Source: Camelus dromedarius
Taxonomy: Eukaryota
Length of the DNA: 64,000 nucleotides
NCBI RefSeq assembly: GCF_036321535.1
Contig: NC_087436.1
Location: 107,944,001 to 108,008,000 of the forward strand
Direction of reading: 5' to 3'
Notes under the pieces: model-generated
What the model saw: the letters and a program-made list of their open reading frames with translations, nothing else
What the model was told of the DNA's origin: nothing
Database searches by the model: none
Program-made: the position numbers and the translations under genes
Part shown: positions 37,231-49,744 of the stretch, piece by piece
How positions within the stretch are numbered: the stretch's first letter is position 1
Layout of the letters: each line of letters opens with the position of its first letter

Positions 37231-38669
37231 CAAAGTGGGAGGCAGCAAAATTTTAGTGACCTAAAATCTCAAATGACATCATAATGATTTATATTTTTTC
37301 TTGTAGTTTTCCAGATGCTACCTTATGTTCCAGGACCCTCTGCTGCAACCCTTTGAGGCTGGCAAGGCAGCTGAACTGTTTTACAAATTAGGCAATTAGA
37401 AGTCAGAATTTAAGGGACTGGGGACCGAAGTGATTCAATTTCCTTGAATACAGAGAACCCAGAGAAACTTGTTCAATCTCAATACGGTCCTTGAAAGAAT
37501 TTTTTTTTTTCTAATACAGCAAGATAAAGCTCTGTTAGCAGAGATGTTCTTCAAGGAAGGACTTGGGATTGTATGTTAAAAAAAAAAACTCTCCAAGTTT
37601 CTCATCACCCAAATTATACTGATTTGCTTTTGCTCTTGTGGGAAATTCTTACAGTATGAAAATTCTGCCTCTTTGTTATTTTAACTAGAAAGGTAAAGAA
37701 TTTTGAAATCACGTTCTGAGTGGGGTAAGGCAGAGGTATATGATAAAATGTGCAGGATTCCAGTTAAAGATCTAAACAGAAAAATGAAGAAAAATAAAAT
37801 CTAAAAATCAGTTGCATGCAGAGCCTGGTTGAAGCTTGAATGCTTCAGGTGTGACGCTGAATTACTGAAGTGACTTGCTCTGAGCAGCCTCCAAAGCGCT
37901 GGGTTCCCAAGCAGGATTTCAAGGGGGACTTGGTCTCCGTGGGTTGCACACTCTTTCTACTTAGAGAGCATTTAAGCTTATGTGTCCTGTGTTAAAAATA
38001 TGGACCTAAATCAACCCAATTAACAAATGAAGTTTCCCAGGTTATTTTGTTGTTTTGCTCCATTGAAGCTCCGTTGAGACACTTTCTGATTAAATTAAAT
38101 GTGAGTGAGAGAAAAGAGTGAGAAGAGGGAAACAGTTACAGCTCTTCCAGAATCTTCGCTCAGTAGATGAACAGCGCTTTTCCTTGGGGGTTTTTTGGGA
38201 TTGTGAGTTGCCTGATGGAAGGCAGGGGTTGTGCTTTGTTCACAGTGCTTATCTCTAGGACCTCAACAAGGTCAAGGCTTGCAGTGGAACCCAGTAAACA
38301 CTGACTAAATACACCAGTGAGTTACAGCCTGCAACCTTCCCGAGACGACTCCCTGGTCTTCCTCAGCCAGATGGAAGCCTTCCCTGCAGAGCACCACGCA
38401 CCTCGCCAGTGACCTTACTGGGTTGTAATGAATTGTCTACATGTTTCTTTCCCACCAGAAAATCAACTTTCAGAAGGCAGGGAGGGACCTTTCATACATA
38501 TTTTTATATATTTTTTGTCGATTGTGAATCTTTGCCTTTTACTAAAAAGATTAAGGAATGAGTTCCTGGTAGCATTTCCTCCCTAACTCCTGAAGGTAAG
38601 GAGGAGGAGAATGATTATTTATAAAAAGCATAATACTTCTATTTAATCATTAAGTGCCATCATTACATA

Positions 38670-38805
38670 CCGAATATTACATAAATATAATGTAATATAA
38701 ATAGAATATAAATAATAGGCTATAATGGGTTATAAATAGATATAAGAAATCATGTGTATAAAACATACTACAAGTAGTATGTAATTATTACAATATAATA
38801 TGTAG
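38670..38805. repeat. AT-rich low-complexity tract
   Basis: Direct observation. Confidence 0.7.
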
Positions 38806-38929
38806 GGAATAGCAAATAATGGTGAATGTAAAAGTAGGTGCTCTTTTGTTAACACTTGGCCTCTGTTTTCCCCAGTATACTTTATAAAATGTAAAATGAC
38901 AGACACACAACCAGGACTGAGCTCAGTTA

Positions 38930-39075
38930 GTTCAGTCTTAAAGCTCTGGATTCAGTCTATTTTGTGTCTTACAGCAAGTTATTTAAACCTCACCAAGACT
39001 CAGTCTTCTCTATAGTCTGTAATAATGTCTATAAAATTTATAATCTCGACTTTGCAGATTATTGTAATAATGACA
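38930..39075 (+). mobile_element. MIR fragment
   Basis: 'gcaagttatttaaacctc...actcagtcttctc...tgcagattattgtaa'. Confidence 0.6.
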
Positions 39076-40304
39076 GCTAACATATATTGAGCACCTTCTA
39101 TGCTCAGAACATCACCATGAACTCTCCACGCTGCCAACCTTGGGGCATAGAGACCAGAACCACAGACCTAGAGTGGTCATTTTTAAAAAGACTAAAACAC
39201 TTTGTAAACCACATATTGTCTTACACAAAAGTTAAAGAAGTCTTACTGAGAAACATAGAAGCATTTTTGAGGCTCACGCAGACTTCTTTGTTTTTAGTTT
39301 TTACGGAATGGAGTTGAGCATAGACCAAGAAACTATTCGTCATGCATTGGAAACAAACCAAAAAAAAAAAAAAAAAAAGTATCCTGAATGAGTTGAAAAC
39401 AACCAAAGAATTGAGGTGTAAATATCTCAGACTCTGTACTGGAGAACCTCAGACATTACAGGGTTGGATCTCACAGTGGGCATGGGTTCCAGGATTGACA
39501 GAAGAGGAAGAGAGACATGGGGGGAGGAGCGGGTCCAACATGGTCTATGGGTTTAGAACCTAGTACAGAGTTCCTGGGGACTGTGTACCAGAGCACACAG
39601 GCTTCGTATTTAGCTGTCCTTATAGACAAGCAAGGCACTGTGATTCTTAGTTTCTAAGTCTGTTGCTTTACATACTGACATCATTAGGAAAAAGGAAAAT
39701 GTATTCAGGTACAAATTTTGTATCAATGGATGATCACTGGTCTTCTACACAAAGAAACTTGCCTCCCTACCTAAGAGTTTCCATCTCACTCACAAAAATG
39801 ATCCCAAATCCCACCCATTCAAGGCTCCTTCCTACTGTTTCAGACTCCAGATGAGGTCACAGGATCACAGGGCTCTCCCAGTGTGGATTATCTGGATCAA
39901 CCTGAAATGAAACAATATTATTTTATATTATTTTTAAAATTAAAAAATAGAAAGACCATAGAATTGAAATTAAATGTGCTCTACAACAAGGTCACTATAT
40001 CACCCCAGATTACTAACCAATTTAAAAAACTTTTCAATAGTTTCTCTGAGTTGCTGGGATAAGAGGACCCTGCTCTAGGATTTTGCTATTTCTTATTGTT
40101 AGTTTGGGAAATACTATTTTGTAAATAAGTCCTAGAGCGCTGCATTGGACAGTGGCCAAATATAAGAATTTCCAATATACCCTTAAATAAATTATTTTAT
40201 TTAGGCTCTGAAGATATTTGAGGTTTGTAGGTTTTTATTGTTTATTTGACAAAATGTCTCTGTTTTCATTGCTTTCTCTTGAATTTTCTTTTTAAATGTG
40301 GTGT

Positions 40305-40425
40305 CGAAATACTGGATTAGGATTCATAATACGTGAGTTCTAGACCCACTTCTGCCCCTAGTGAGCTTTGTCATTTTTGTCAGGTTGCCTCTCCTCTCTC
40401 AGCCTGAATTTTATTTATGTAGCAA
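40305..40425 (+). mobile_element. MIR fragment
   Basis: 'actggattaggattc...gagttctagacccacttctgcc...ctctcagcctgaattt'. Confidence 0.6.
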
Positions 40426-40619
40426 CCATGCAAGCTTGTCTTATTGTAACCTCTCTCCTTCTAGAGCACACGCACACAGACACACACATGCCATAAATGT
40501 GATAATATAGCATTGATTCAGCACTTTGGCAATACCGAATTTGCTTTCTCTGCCTAAAGGTTATAGAAGAGCAGCATCCATCTTCTTGGAAGTTTTCACA
40601 TCCATCTAATAGTCTTCTA

Positions 40620-41350
40620 TACTGTTAAAATCATTGTATTAATGACCTAAATTGAATGTAAATTAGGTAAGCACTGCTGTTATTTTATATGGGTACTGCT
40701 CTCTGTGATACTGATTAACTTGTCTCTGACAGCAAAATAAAACATGGTAATCAATATTTCCGATTGATTTTTTTTTTCTGCTGGGGTGGTGTGAGTATAC
40801 ACTGATCAACCTGATTTTTACTGCCAATCAGACTGTATGAAGCACAATTTCAATAATTGTTTTCTTTCCGTGTTTCCTCTCTGACGTCCACATTGATTTG
40901 CAGGCACATTTTGAAGATGTGCTCTAATAATGGAAAGAGACATGGTTAGATTAGAGAAAAAAACACAGTAGAAATTATGTGCTAACAATGCAGTTCACCT
41001 CCATGTTCTTTCTTGACAGCGCCCCTTCTCAAGATGTGCATAATTGATATTGCCACAAGCACTTTCCCATTCTTTCGCACAGCTAAGAGAATAGGGCGGG
41101 TTAGCATGCAGAATAAAGACCCTGGACTGAACAATAGAATCCAGCGTGCTTTATTTCATGAAATATTCCATTCATCAGAAATGAATATTTTCATTGTAAT
41201 TGAATTGAGACAGGCAGGTAGCCTGAGCTTGTTCTTTATTTTGTTTCTCCCAGAAGGGATGATTTCAACAGCTGGTAAAAACTTAATAAAGGATCAGCAA
41301 GTGCCAATCAGTTATTCAATCACCATTTTTTTTAAAGGAAACATATGTGC
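40620..41350. promoter_or_regulatory. Putative conserved non-coding element / developmental enhancer
   Basis: No recognisable repeat; dense TAAT, TGACAG x2, GATTGAT, AACAAT x2, TGCCAATCAG x2 motifs. Confidence 0.45.
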
Positions 41351-41654
41351 TTCACAGAGTAACCCTTTTCCTCTTATGGCATTGCCTCCTTAGGTAGCCC
41401 TCATTTATAGAGCATGTATGTGTTCTTATCACTCTGAGACACTTGCTGGCCAGAGTGAAATGCTTTCCTAGGCACAGTCTGATTCCAGAAGGAATCTCAG
41501 GGTTGAGTCCAATAAGGATGCTGATGGGGTAGGCGCCCTCTGAGATTCAGCACAGTGCGTTTACCTGCAACAATGTTCAGGAACCTCTCTGTTGGAAGAA
41601 TCAGCCCTTCTGGATACTTCAGAGCATTTTTGAGAGTTTCTTCATAATAAAAAT

Positions 41655-41875
41655 GATAATGAGGATGATGATAGATTCTGCTTGTCAAGTACTTTCTGTC
41701 CTCACAAATTCTTGCAAGAAAGGTGTTAATATGTCCTTTTTATGAAAGAGTAATCTGACCTTCAGAACATTTAAATGACTTGCTGGAGGTCACACAGCTG
41801 GTGAGTGATGCGGCCAGAATGTGAACTCAGCAGTGTTGTCTTACCAATGTGTTTTCCTGGCTTTGTGCTGCTGCC
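41655..41875 (-). mobile_element. MIR
   Basis: 'ttaaatgacttgctggaggtcacacagctggtgagtgatgcggccagaatgtgaactcag'. Confidence 0.8.
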
Positions 41876-42589
41876 TCTTATTTCCGATTTCAATGTCAGT
41901 CTGATCAAGTCTTCCCAAACACCCACACGTGTTGAATCCTTGCACTGAAGGCAGGTGGCGCCATCGGATTTTCATGCAGGACTAGTGCTTCATTTTTCAA
42001 GAAGCACAGGAAATTAATCCAGTAAGTGGAATTTGGGAGGCTACTCAAATACCAGAGCTACTGCGGACAGTTCAGCTTTTTAAAGAATCTGGAGTGAGAC
42101 TTCCCACAAAGTTAAACCTTCAGAATGGTGCCAAACTCAGAAGTAAAACGCAGAAAGACATCTCCTCTGTTGTGATGGTGAATAGACAGAATCAAGTAAA
42201 ACAGCCAAGGTGAAGTCAGGATCTGAACATTTCAACCAGTATGCTGCAATGATTCCACCATGGACCAAAAAGGAAGATGGGCTTTTATTGCCAGTGAAGG
42301 GATAATGGCAAAGGAAAGAAAAAAAAATCTAAGAGAGAAAAAGTGGAGATGAGCATGATCAACAGCAGAGAAAGTGAATGCATGGCTGTGTCAGGAAAGA
42401 TAAGAGAAGGTGAAGTACGTTGTATAAGAGGTGACGACAAGGTGTCAAGTGACAGCTATTCTAAGAGCAGAGAACAAATTTAAGACTGAGGGAAGGAATC
42501 ATTCCTGTATTAAAAGAAGGATTAGGGAACAAAGAACAGTTTAATTCTTAGTGATAATATTGTGTATTATTTTCATTATATTTATTCAT

Positions 42590-42800
42590 CATTTCTACAT
42601 ATGATGTGTCATTTAATCCACACAACAGTTCTGTGTAGTAGGTTAATTGGATGCTTCAGTCTCTGTTTTAGAAATACAGAACTCCAGTGTCTGGGAGGCC
42701 AAGGGACTCGTCTGCTCTCCTGAGTAAGTGGTGGAGCTGAAACAAGAAAATGTGTTCTGGCTCCATCTAGTTCCCTCTCCCGTGGACTGTGGGGCATCAC
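42590..42800 (-). mobile_element. MIR
   Basis: 'tcatttaatccacacaacagttctgtgtagtagg...gtaagtggtggagctg'. Confidence 0.7.
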
Positions 42801-43126
42801 TGTGTCATGTTAAAAGTACATCTGTCATAGGATGGCTTTGCCACACATGCTTGGGGCATCTAGTTCCCGGACGAGTCTGGTCTTTGTGATTTGAAATAAC
42901 CATAGGGATAAAGGTACATACAGAGTGAAGCACTGAGTGTATTTCACCTGTTGTATTTTGCTAACCTGGGCTAGTTACGGTGCATTCATTATAGAACAGG
43001 GGTCAAGTATGTCACAGGTTTAATTTGAACATCAGTGAGAGTGGAGAGCTGAAAACTTAGTGGCCTTCGCTGTGGACCAGGGAGCCATATTGACTCACCT
43101 CTAGCGTATAGAAAGGTAGTATGAAC

Positions 43127-43548
43127 TCCAGTGGTCATCTGTGGTTCCTGTCTGCCCAGGGGCTCTTTCCCTTCTCCTCTTCTTGGTTGTCAATACATAG
43201 GTGGAACTGACTCACTTCGCCTCCTCTACCCTTAAGCTATCGGGTTGGTATATGCCACGCCCCTTACTGGGCCAATAGGTGTCTTCCTTGGTTACTTTCT
43301 GCCAGGGTAGGTGGAAAAGACCATTGCTTTCCTTGGGTATTGGTCTGGGGGATGTGGGTCTGGGGTTGCCAGCTCACGAGGGAGCTGGATAGAAAACTGA
43401 GAACAGAGAGCCCCTAACCCCACTGATTGAGCCTCCAAAAAGAACCAGCCGCATCCTTGAACCTCCCTCTTGAGGTAACGAATAAATCCTCAGGCTAATA
43501 TGCCTTGAGATTTGGCCATTCTGCAAATCAGAGTCATATGCAGATACA
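43127..43548 (+). mobile_element. MLT1 (ERVL-MaLR) solo LTR
   Basis: Start 'agtggtcatctgtggttcctgtctgcccag', 'gggccaat', AATAAA at 43481, end 'tgcaaatcagagtc...gataca'. Confidence 0.7.
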
Positions 43549-43561
43549 GGTGGCTGGTGCA

Positions 43562-43790
43562 TAATGATGACAGTGAGCGCTTAGTGAAATGCATGCTGTA
43601 CTGTGAAGCATTCTAAGAACTTTCATGCATTAATCGTTTCATTCTGAAAGTCCTAGGAAGTATGTACCATTTTATTTCCATTTTACAAATGAAGAAGCTA
43701 AAGCATAGAGAGGTGAGGTGCCTTGCTCTTAGATCAAAGAGATAGGAAGAAGCAGAGCTCAGATTTGAACCCAGAGAGAGAGGGAGAGGT
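43562..43790 (-). mobile_element. MIR
   Basis: 'ccattttacaaatgaagaagctaaagcatagagaggtgagg...gcagagctcagatttgaacccag'. Confidence 0.85.
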
Positions 43791-44704
43791 GTTTCTATGC
43801 ATATATACACTTCGTCTTTATAGGTATATACTTCACCTGTCTGTAATCTGAACATGTTCAGTAAGAATGGAATTAATGTTACAAATTAGGAGATTAATGT
43901 TGGTTATGTGCATGGAAAAAAGTATCTTAAATTTTATCCCAGTGTCATGGACAAGAATAGAAATGGCTATTAGAGCTTAAAAAGAAACTATAAATTTATG
44001 AATGTTCTGAAAGGGTATAAACAGGAAAATTAAAATGAATCAGTGTAACATTGAAGCATCTCTATTATATGGCATTAAGTCTCTGAAAGAGAAGCTAGTT
44101 AACTCATCAAATCTTTTTCAGAAGTAATAAAGTGAAACCAAACAAAAACTTAGAGGCAGCTAGGTATAGGCACGGGAGCACATTTTGTAGAATTATTTTT
44201 GAGGGAAACATGACAGTGGCGACGAATCTCTGAACAGATACTGAGAATGGAAATATGTTGTGAGCCAGAACGTATAACCAAGCCATGTACTGGGACATTG
44301 CAAAGTTAGAGATGTTATCTCAAAGCTAGACAATGGAAAACACTATATTGGGGACGTTGCAGAAGAACTCCTCAAATATTTTGAAAAATTATCTCTAAAC
44401 ACCATCTAGCCCCTGGGCTACTTTATGTCGATGAACCTGAGTCTGTTTGCAAGGATCCCCGACTCTACGTTATAATTGGTGAATCCTGTGCCAAGATGTA
44501 TGTGGAATTGAAAGGGTTAACTCACCTCAGACCACTGATATAGGTCGCCATAAAAAATAAATTTTGTTATTTTCAAAAGTGTCAAGATCCTATCGCTTCC
44601 TGTTGTATCATGCAAGCAATTGCAAAAAGTGTCGGAAACACTTCTGAAAAATCTCTTCTTACGCTTTTAGAAAAGAAATGTCTTGGAATCATGATTGCGT
44701 CTTA

Positions 44705-45012
44705 GGACTGCAGTAGGCAAGTGGGAAAAATCTGACCATCTGTTCTTGTAGGGCTGGTATACTAAGAATATTTTTTGATATTTTTAAATGCTTGGAAAAA
44801 ACAAGAGTAATATTCAATGACTTAAAAATCAGATGAAATTCAAGTTTCGATGTTTGTAAATAGTTATTTGTAATGTAGCCTTAGTCATTAATTCACTTAT
44901 TGTCTATGGCTTTGTTCGTGCTGTGTCTGCAGATTTGAGTAGAGATCCTATGACCTGCCAAACATGGGATACTTCCTCTCTGATCCTTTACAGAAACAGT
45001 TTGTCAACTCTG
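44705..45012. mobile_element. MER58B-type hAT-Charlie MITE
   Basis: 'atgaaattcaagtttc...attgtctatggct...ctgatcctttacagaaacagtttgtcaactctg'. Confidence 0.85.
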
Positions 45013-45114
45013 TCTTAAAATAATAAAGCTATGATCTAGAAGCACTTGCAATGCTCATCCTAGGGAAATAGAGTTAGTGCCTGGAAACAAACAAATGAAC
45101 TGTCAAATAAATGA

Positions 45115-45138
45115 ATGTATGTATGTATGTATGTATGT
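45115..45138. repeat. (ATGT)6 microsatellite
   Basis: Direct observation. Confidence 0.9.
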
Positions 45139-45849
45139 GACTTAACCATCCCACCTGTTGTGTTGATTTTACTTCCTGGTCTTAAACCGTGGTTGACTCA
45201 AAATATGCAGTGATATTTTAGAAATTTTTTTTTTTCGTGGCAAGTTTATACAATCCTCTGGCAAGTGATGTAGTTGGCTATCAATTTCATTCCCATGTTT
45301 TATTTAATAGAAAGACTATGTAAACTGTGTCCTGTCGAAACACGTAGCCTCGTGAAGATAAGGAAAACGTTTCGGTTTTGGAATGAGGTTTTCCTAAAGT
45401 GTCTAAGTTAATTTGTAAAATGAACAATTCTTGGATTTCTTTCACCCCATTAACAGATTTGGTAAGGCAGTTAGGATAAAAAAGGTGAATGTCAGCTAGC
45501 AAGAATATTATGATTCCTGTGCTCCGTTGTACTGCAGTATAGAAATCACCGATGGATGGTGTGGATATATGATAGAAAAAGAAAGGAATACTCAAAAAAG
45601 GACACAGTATCTGTATACTCGGAGTTTACAGGCAGACTTGTTGTGCTTATGCCGTTTGCCTGTCTGCAATTACCAACTCACTTGCTTTTCTTATCTCTAT
45701 ATTCTACCCATGTATTTTGTTTCTTTAAAAATATTTGAAGCAGAAAATATGTACAAAATGTGTATCTGATTCTGCACATGGAAGAATGATAATATAATGG
45801 TCTGTGTGCCCATCTGTTTTCTCTTTCATTTTTCTCTATGTTCTTAGGA

Positions 45850-46040
45850 AATACTTTTTCTGTTTTCTATTATAATTGCTTGTGTCCTATATTCTTCCGA
45901 GATACTGTGAGTTTCTTCAAGGCATGGTCCTTCACTCATTCTTCTCCACCCACCCCCAACCACCCCCCAGAGTATCTAGTACATTACCTTTAACAAAGCA
46001 AGTACTTAAATAAATGTATGTGGAATGAATGAGTGAATGT
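45850..46040 (+). mobile_element. L2 3' end
   Basis: 'actgtgagtttcttcaaggca...taaatgtatgtggaatgaatgagtgaatg'. Confidence 0.7.
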
Positions 46041-46724
46041 GCTGCAAGCTCTCTGTGGACAAAAATCACTCATTATCTGTTTCTTATAGTTATTCAACTT
46101 AGAGGTATAGAGTAGGCAATTAGCAAATGTTGCAATTGAGTTGAATGAAAAGTCCAGATTTTTTCCATTCAGGTGCACCCCTGAATGTCTGGGTACAAGC
46201 CCTGGGAGTTATGAGCTGTATGGGCATTTTCTCCAAAGTAGTAAATATAATAGAGCAGCATCCTGAGAGGTTATTGAAGTGCTCAAGGCTACCGTACCCA
46301 TTTACTGAAGACCTCCAGTTACATACGCTGTAACTGTCCTATTCTTTCTCTCTCTTTCCAGCTATTTCTGTTAATCATGTCAAGTTGGTCTGCATTTTGC
46401 TGTTCTCATTACGGGTTTGAAAGTGTCCCTCTGGCTCATGTCATTGGGTGCTTCAGCTCTAGGCTCATCTTTTCTCTTTTCTACTTTCCTGTTCCCCCCA
46501 CTCCTTTCAGATCTTCTCCCTGTTCTCCTTATGACCCTTCTACACTTCTTGACTTGGCTTTGTTGTCCAGTGAGAACATTCTCCCAAGTTGGCAGTTAAC
46601 TTTAAACAAACCATGAAAATTTGATTCGCTCGTCTCCATTTCTCTTGGCTACTTTTGCCATTGCTTGCTTTGAGAGGCTATTTTTTTTTTCTTTTTTCTT
46701 TTCTTACTTTTAATTGCTTCTAAA

Positions 46725-46885
46725 AGATAAAGCAAAAATAGTAGCAATACATTGTGCATTTGTAGTATATGTAAATCATAAATGATACAGGGAGAAATAT
46801 TGGGAATATATTGTTATAAGGAAGATCCCTGTAGAATACATGAAGTGATACAATATTTGAAGCTAGACTTTTAAGAAAGATGTAA
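46725..46885 (+). mobile_element. Old L1 internal fragment
   Basis: 'aaagcaaaaatagtagcaatacattgtg...tatattgttataagg...catgaagtgatacaatatttgaagctagact'. Confidence 0.55.
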
Positions 46886-46892
46886 ATTTTGG

Positions 46893-47115
46893 TTTTTTTT
46901 TTTTAAATTATCGAAGTACAGTCGAGTTACAACATTATATTAGTTTCAGGTGTATAGCAAAGTGAGTCAGATATATATAATTCAGATTCTTTTCCATTAT
47001 AGGTTATTACAAGATATTGAGTATAGTTCCCTGTCTATACAGTAAATCCTTGTTGTTTATCTATTTTATGTATAGTGTGTGTGTTAATCCTACACTCCTA
47101 GGTTATCCCTCCCCC
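46893..47115 (-). mobile_element. 5'-truncated L1 3' end (cetartiodactyl type)
   Basis: 'gaagtacagtcgagttacaacattatattagtttcaggtgta...ggttattacaagatattgagtatagttccctg'. Confidence 0.9.
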
Positions 47116-47769
47116 TGAAAGGCTTCTTTTTTTTTTTTAATTCTAATTTGTAGCTGTTCTAAACAGGAAAAGGGGGTGGAAGCTGGCCTCCTCATAAATA
47201 AAATAGTACCATGATATGCTGTCTTTACTCTTAGATTGTTACTCAAGAGCGTTTTTATTTTTCAAGGTCAGATAACTGAGTGAATACTGAAAACTTGAGA
47301 CTTAATTCAGTTATAAGTGACCTATTCTGGTACAATAAACATTTTGATTGAGTGCCTTCATCATACACCACTTTTACACCACATGTGGAGCATCTTCTTG
47401 AAATTCTCACTTGAACATAAATAATTTTGAATTCAGAACTAGAATTTGTATTTTGTGAAAAATATAGAGAAAGTCATATCCAAGGTCCTGGTAGTAGGAA
47501 TGTTAGGTATAACTAGACCTGTCTATTGTGTATATAAAATTCAATGGGTTGCCAGTCAACTCAAGCTGCAGGTAATATGTAAATAGTTAACTTAAATAAC
47601 CAGTATGTATTTCCATCTTGTAAACATAACCATTTGACATGGGGAGCGTATTACCTGGAAACTAATTTTGAAGGTAGTTTCTTGGTAGATTAATGTCATC
47701 AATACATGATGGCGCCTCTTTAATGAAGTTTACACTATTATAAGGTTTTAGATTTATACCTTTTAGTGA

Positions 47770-47950
47770 GGAACTAAATGAGCTTTGACATTAGATCAGG
47801 TTCTTATTAGCTGTGCTGTCTAAGCCTTGGTTTCCTCATCCAGGAAACTGAAATACCAGTCTCATAATGCTGATGGAAGATTAAATGAAATAAAGCCCTC
47901 GATGAGGTATCTGGAATATAGAAGGTGTTCAAGAAATGGTAATTATTTTT
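47770..47950 (+). mobile_element. MIR
   Basis: 'taagccttggtttcctcatc...gattaaatgaaataa...tctggaatatagaaggtgttcaa'. Confidence 0.75.
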
Positions 47951-48234
47951 GGAGTTGAGTTTTGTTCTTCCCATTCTTACAATAAATAGCAATAGTTATT
48001 ATTAAGTGTTGATTTAGATTTCAAAAGATGGTAACTGAAGTGAATAATATTTTATATAATTAAGTGGCATGATTGTATGAATTATGAGACAATATATAAG
48101 AACATATTTTGTGGGATTTTGAGGCTATTAGCTTTTTTATGAGGATTTTAATAACATCCACTTTGAAATCATATAAAACAAAAATTTTTCCTTTTGGATA
48201 AAAAAAGTTTCTTACTATTAAGACATAGTATGGA

Positions 48235-48445
48235 ACATTAATTTTTATTGAGCACTAATTAAGTGCCAGGGACAATTCTATATACCTTACAGTCAGTTAT
48301 CTCTAAATCTTCACAAATCTTATGAATTTGGTACTGTGTCTGTCTTCACTTATAGATGAGAAAATTGAAGTACAGAGAGGAGTAGAAATGGCAGAGCCTG
48401 GATGGAGGCCTAAGCTTTTATAACTCACAACCCTGCTCTTGTAAT
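48235..48445 (-). mobile_element. MIR
   Basis: 'tttattgagcact...gtgccagg...tatagatgagaaaattgaagtacagagagg'. Confidence 0.85.
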
Positions 48446-49069
48446 CATCGTATAACTCTCCCTCAGTATTAGGGAGAGTCACATTGGAGTAACGAGTCCT
48501 ATTCAGAGGCAAATCCAGAAATTTGTATTAGGTGAAAATACATACCAGGTTGGAATTGCAACATAGAATGTTTAGAAGAAGTAAAAGCATCTCGGTGGAA
48601 CTCCAAACATCTAGTATAAAAGTATTTGCACTTTTAAAAGGCAGGTCGAATTTGTAACGAGGTAAAGTAGGAGAAACCTGTTATCAGAACACATACATGG
48701 TAGACATTTGAGAAATTGTTAGTTAACTCTGAATCAGATTTCTACATTATAGCTATTTTTTGAAAGTTATCAAGATATGAATTATTTGAGGGTCTGAATT
48801 ATCAGATGAGTCATTTTATTGATGAATAATTTATCCCAGCACATTTTCAAAACTGTTTACTTTTTTGGTATACACAGATTCTGCCAAGGTGCATGGTTTC
48901 ATGTGACTGCTGTCAACTCCTAAGAGAGGAATCCCTAAAAAAGGAGGGGAGTCCCAGTAGTTTCTGACTACACAGGTTTTCCTTAATTTACTGCTGGGAA
49001 AAAAAAAAATAACTTTTGACAGCCAGAAGTTATAACAATACTTTTTTTTCCAGAGAATCTTTTTTTAAA

Positions 49070-49380
49070 CACATTTTTTATAGTATGATTCCTGTGCAGT
49101 AAATTACACATATTTCAGATGTACAATTTGATGAATTTTGATAGATGTGTACACCACTGAAACCACCGTCAAGATAGCTAACATTTCCATCACTCCCCAG
49201 GAGGTGCAGATTTCGAATGACCAATTTATCCCTTCCCATCCCCTCTACACCCTGGTAATCATAAGTTGTTCTCTATGTCTATGAGTCAGTTTCTGTTTTG
49301 TAGATAAGTTTGTGTCCTTTTTTTTATTTTAAGATTCTACAAATAAGCGCTATCATATGATATTTTTCTTTCTCTTTCTG
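49070..49380 (-). mobile_element. Composite L1: L1MB-like 3' end joined to a younger L1 3'UTR internal piece
   Basis: 'gtacaatttgatgaattttgatagatgtgtacac...aacatttccatcac' (to ~49200), then 'tttatcccttccc...ggtaatcataagttgttctctatgtctatgagtc'. Confidence 0.75.
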
Positions 49381-49744
49381 TTTCCAGACACTTTTAAGCA
49401 CAGTGGAAATGGACACTTTTAAAAAAGAAACCATTGTAGCATTTTACATACAACTCACTTATCTTAGAGCTTATTTTTAAAAATCTCAGTCCTGGACTTT
49501 TGACAGTGTGGGTATCCATTTATTTTAAGGACTCTTCAGAAAATTTCAAACAACCATTCGACCTATAGATCTCATATGGTTCATTCATATGCATGGAATA
49601 ATTTTAGGAGCACAGGGATATGTTCCATGAAATTGTATAGCCATCTTGAAATCATTGAAGAATGGCCAGATGGAAGACGTCACTCATGCAGAAATAGAAT
49701 CTAGAGGCAGACATTCCAGGGTGTGTGAAGGGGAAAAGAGACAT

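Noticed and set aside
41013..41393. Longest ORF in the track (126 aa)
   Set aside because: Starts at TTG, has no recognisable domain or exon boundaries, and overlaps the putative non-coding element; consistent with chance.
43870..44030. Possible CR1/L3-like remnant
   Set aside because: Similarity too weak to call by eye.
46172..46333. Acceptor followed by an open frame (GAPLNVWVQALG...)
   Set aside because: No good donor before the stop and no recognisable homology.
48665..48825. Possible old Tigger MITE
   Set aside because: Terminal inverted repeats could not be delimited with confidence.
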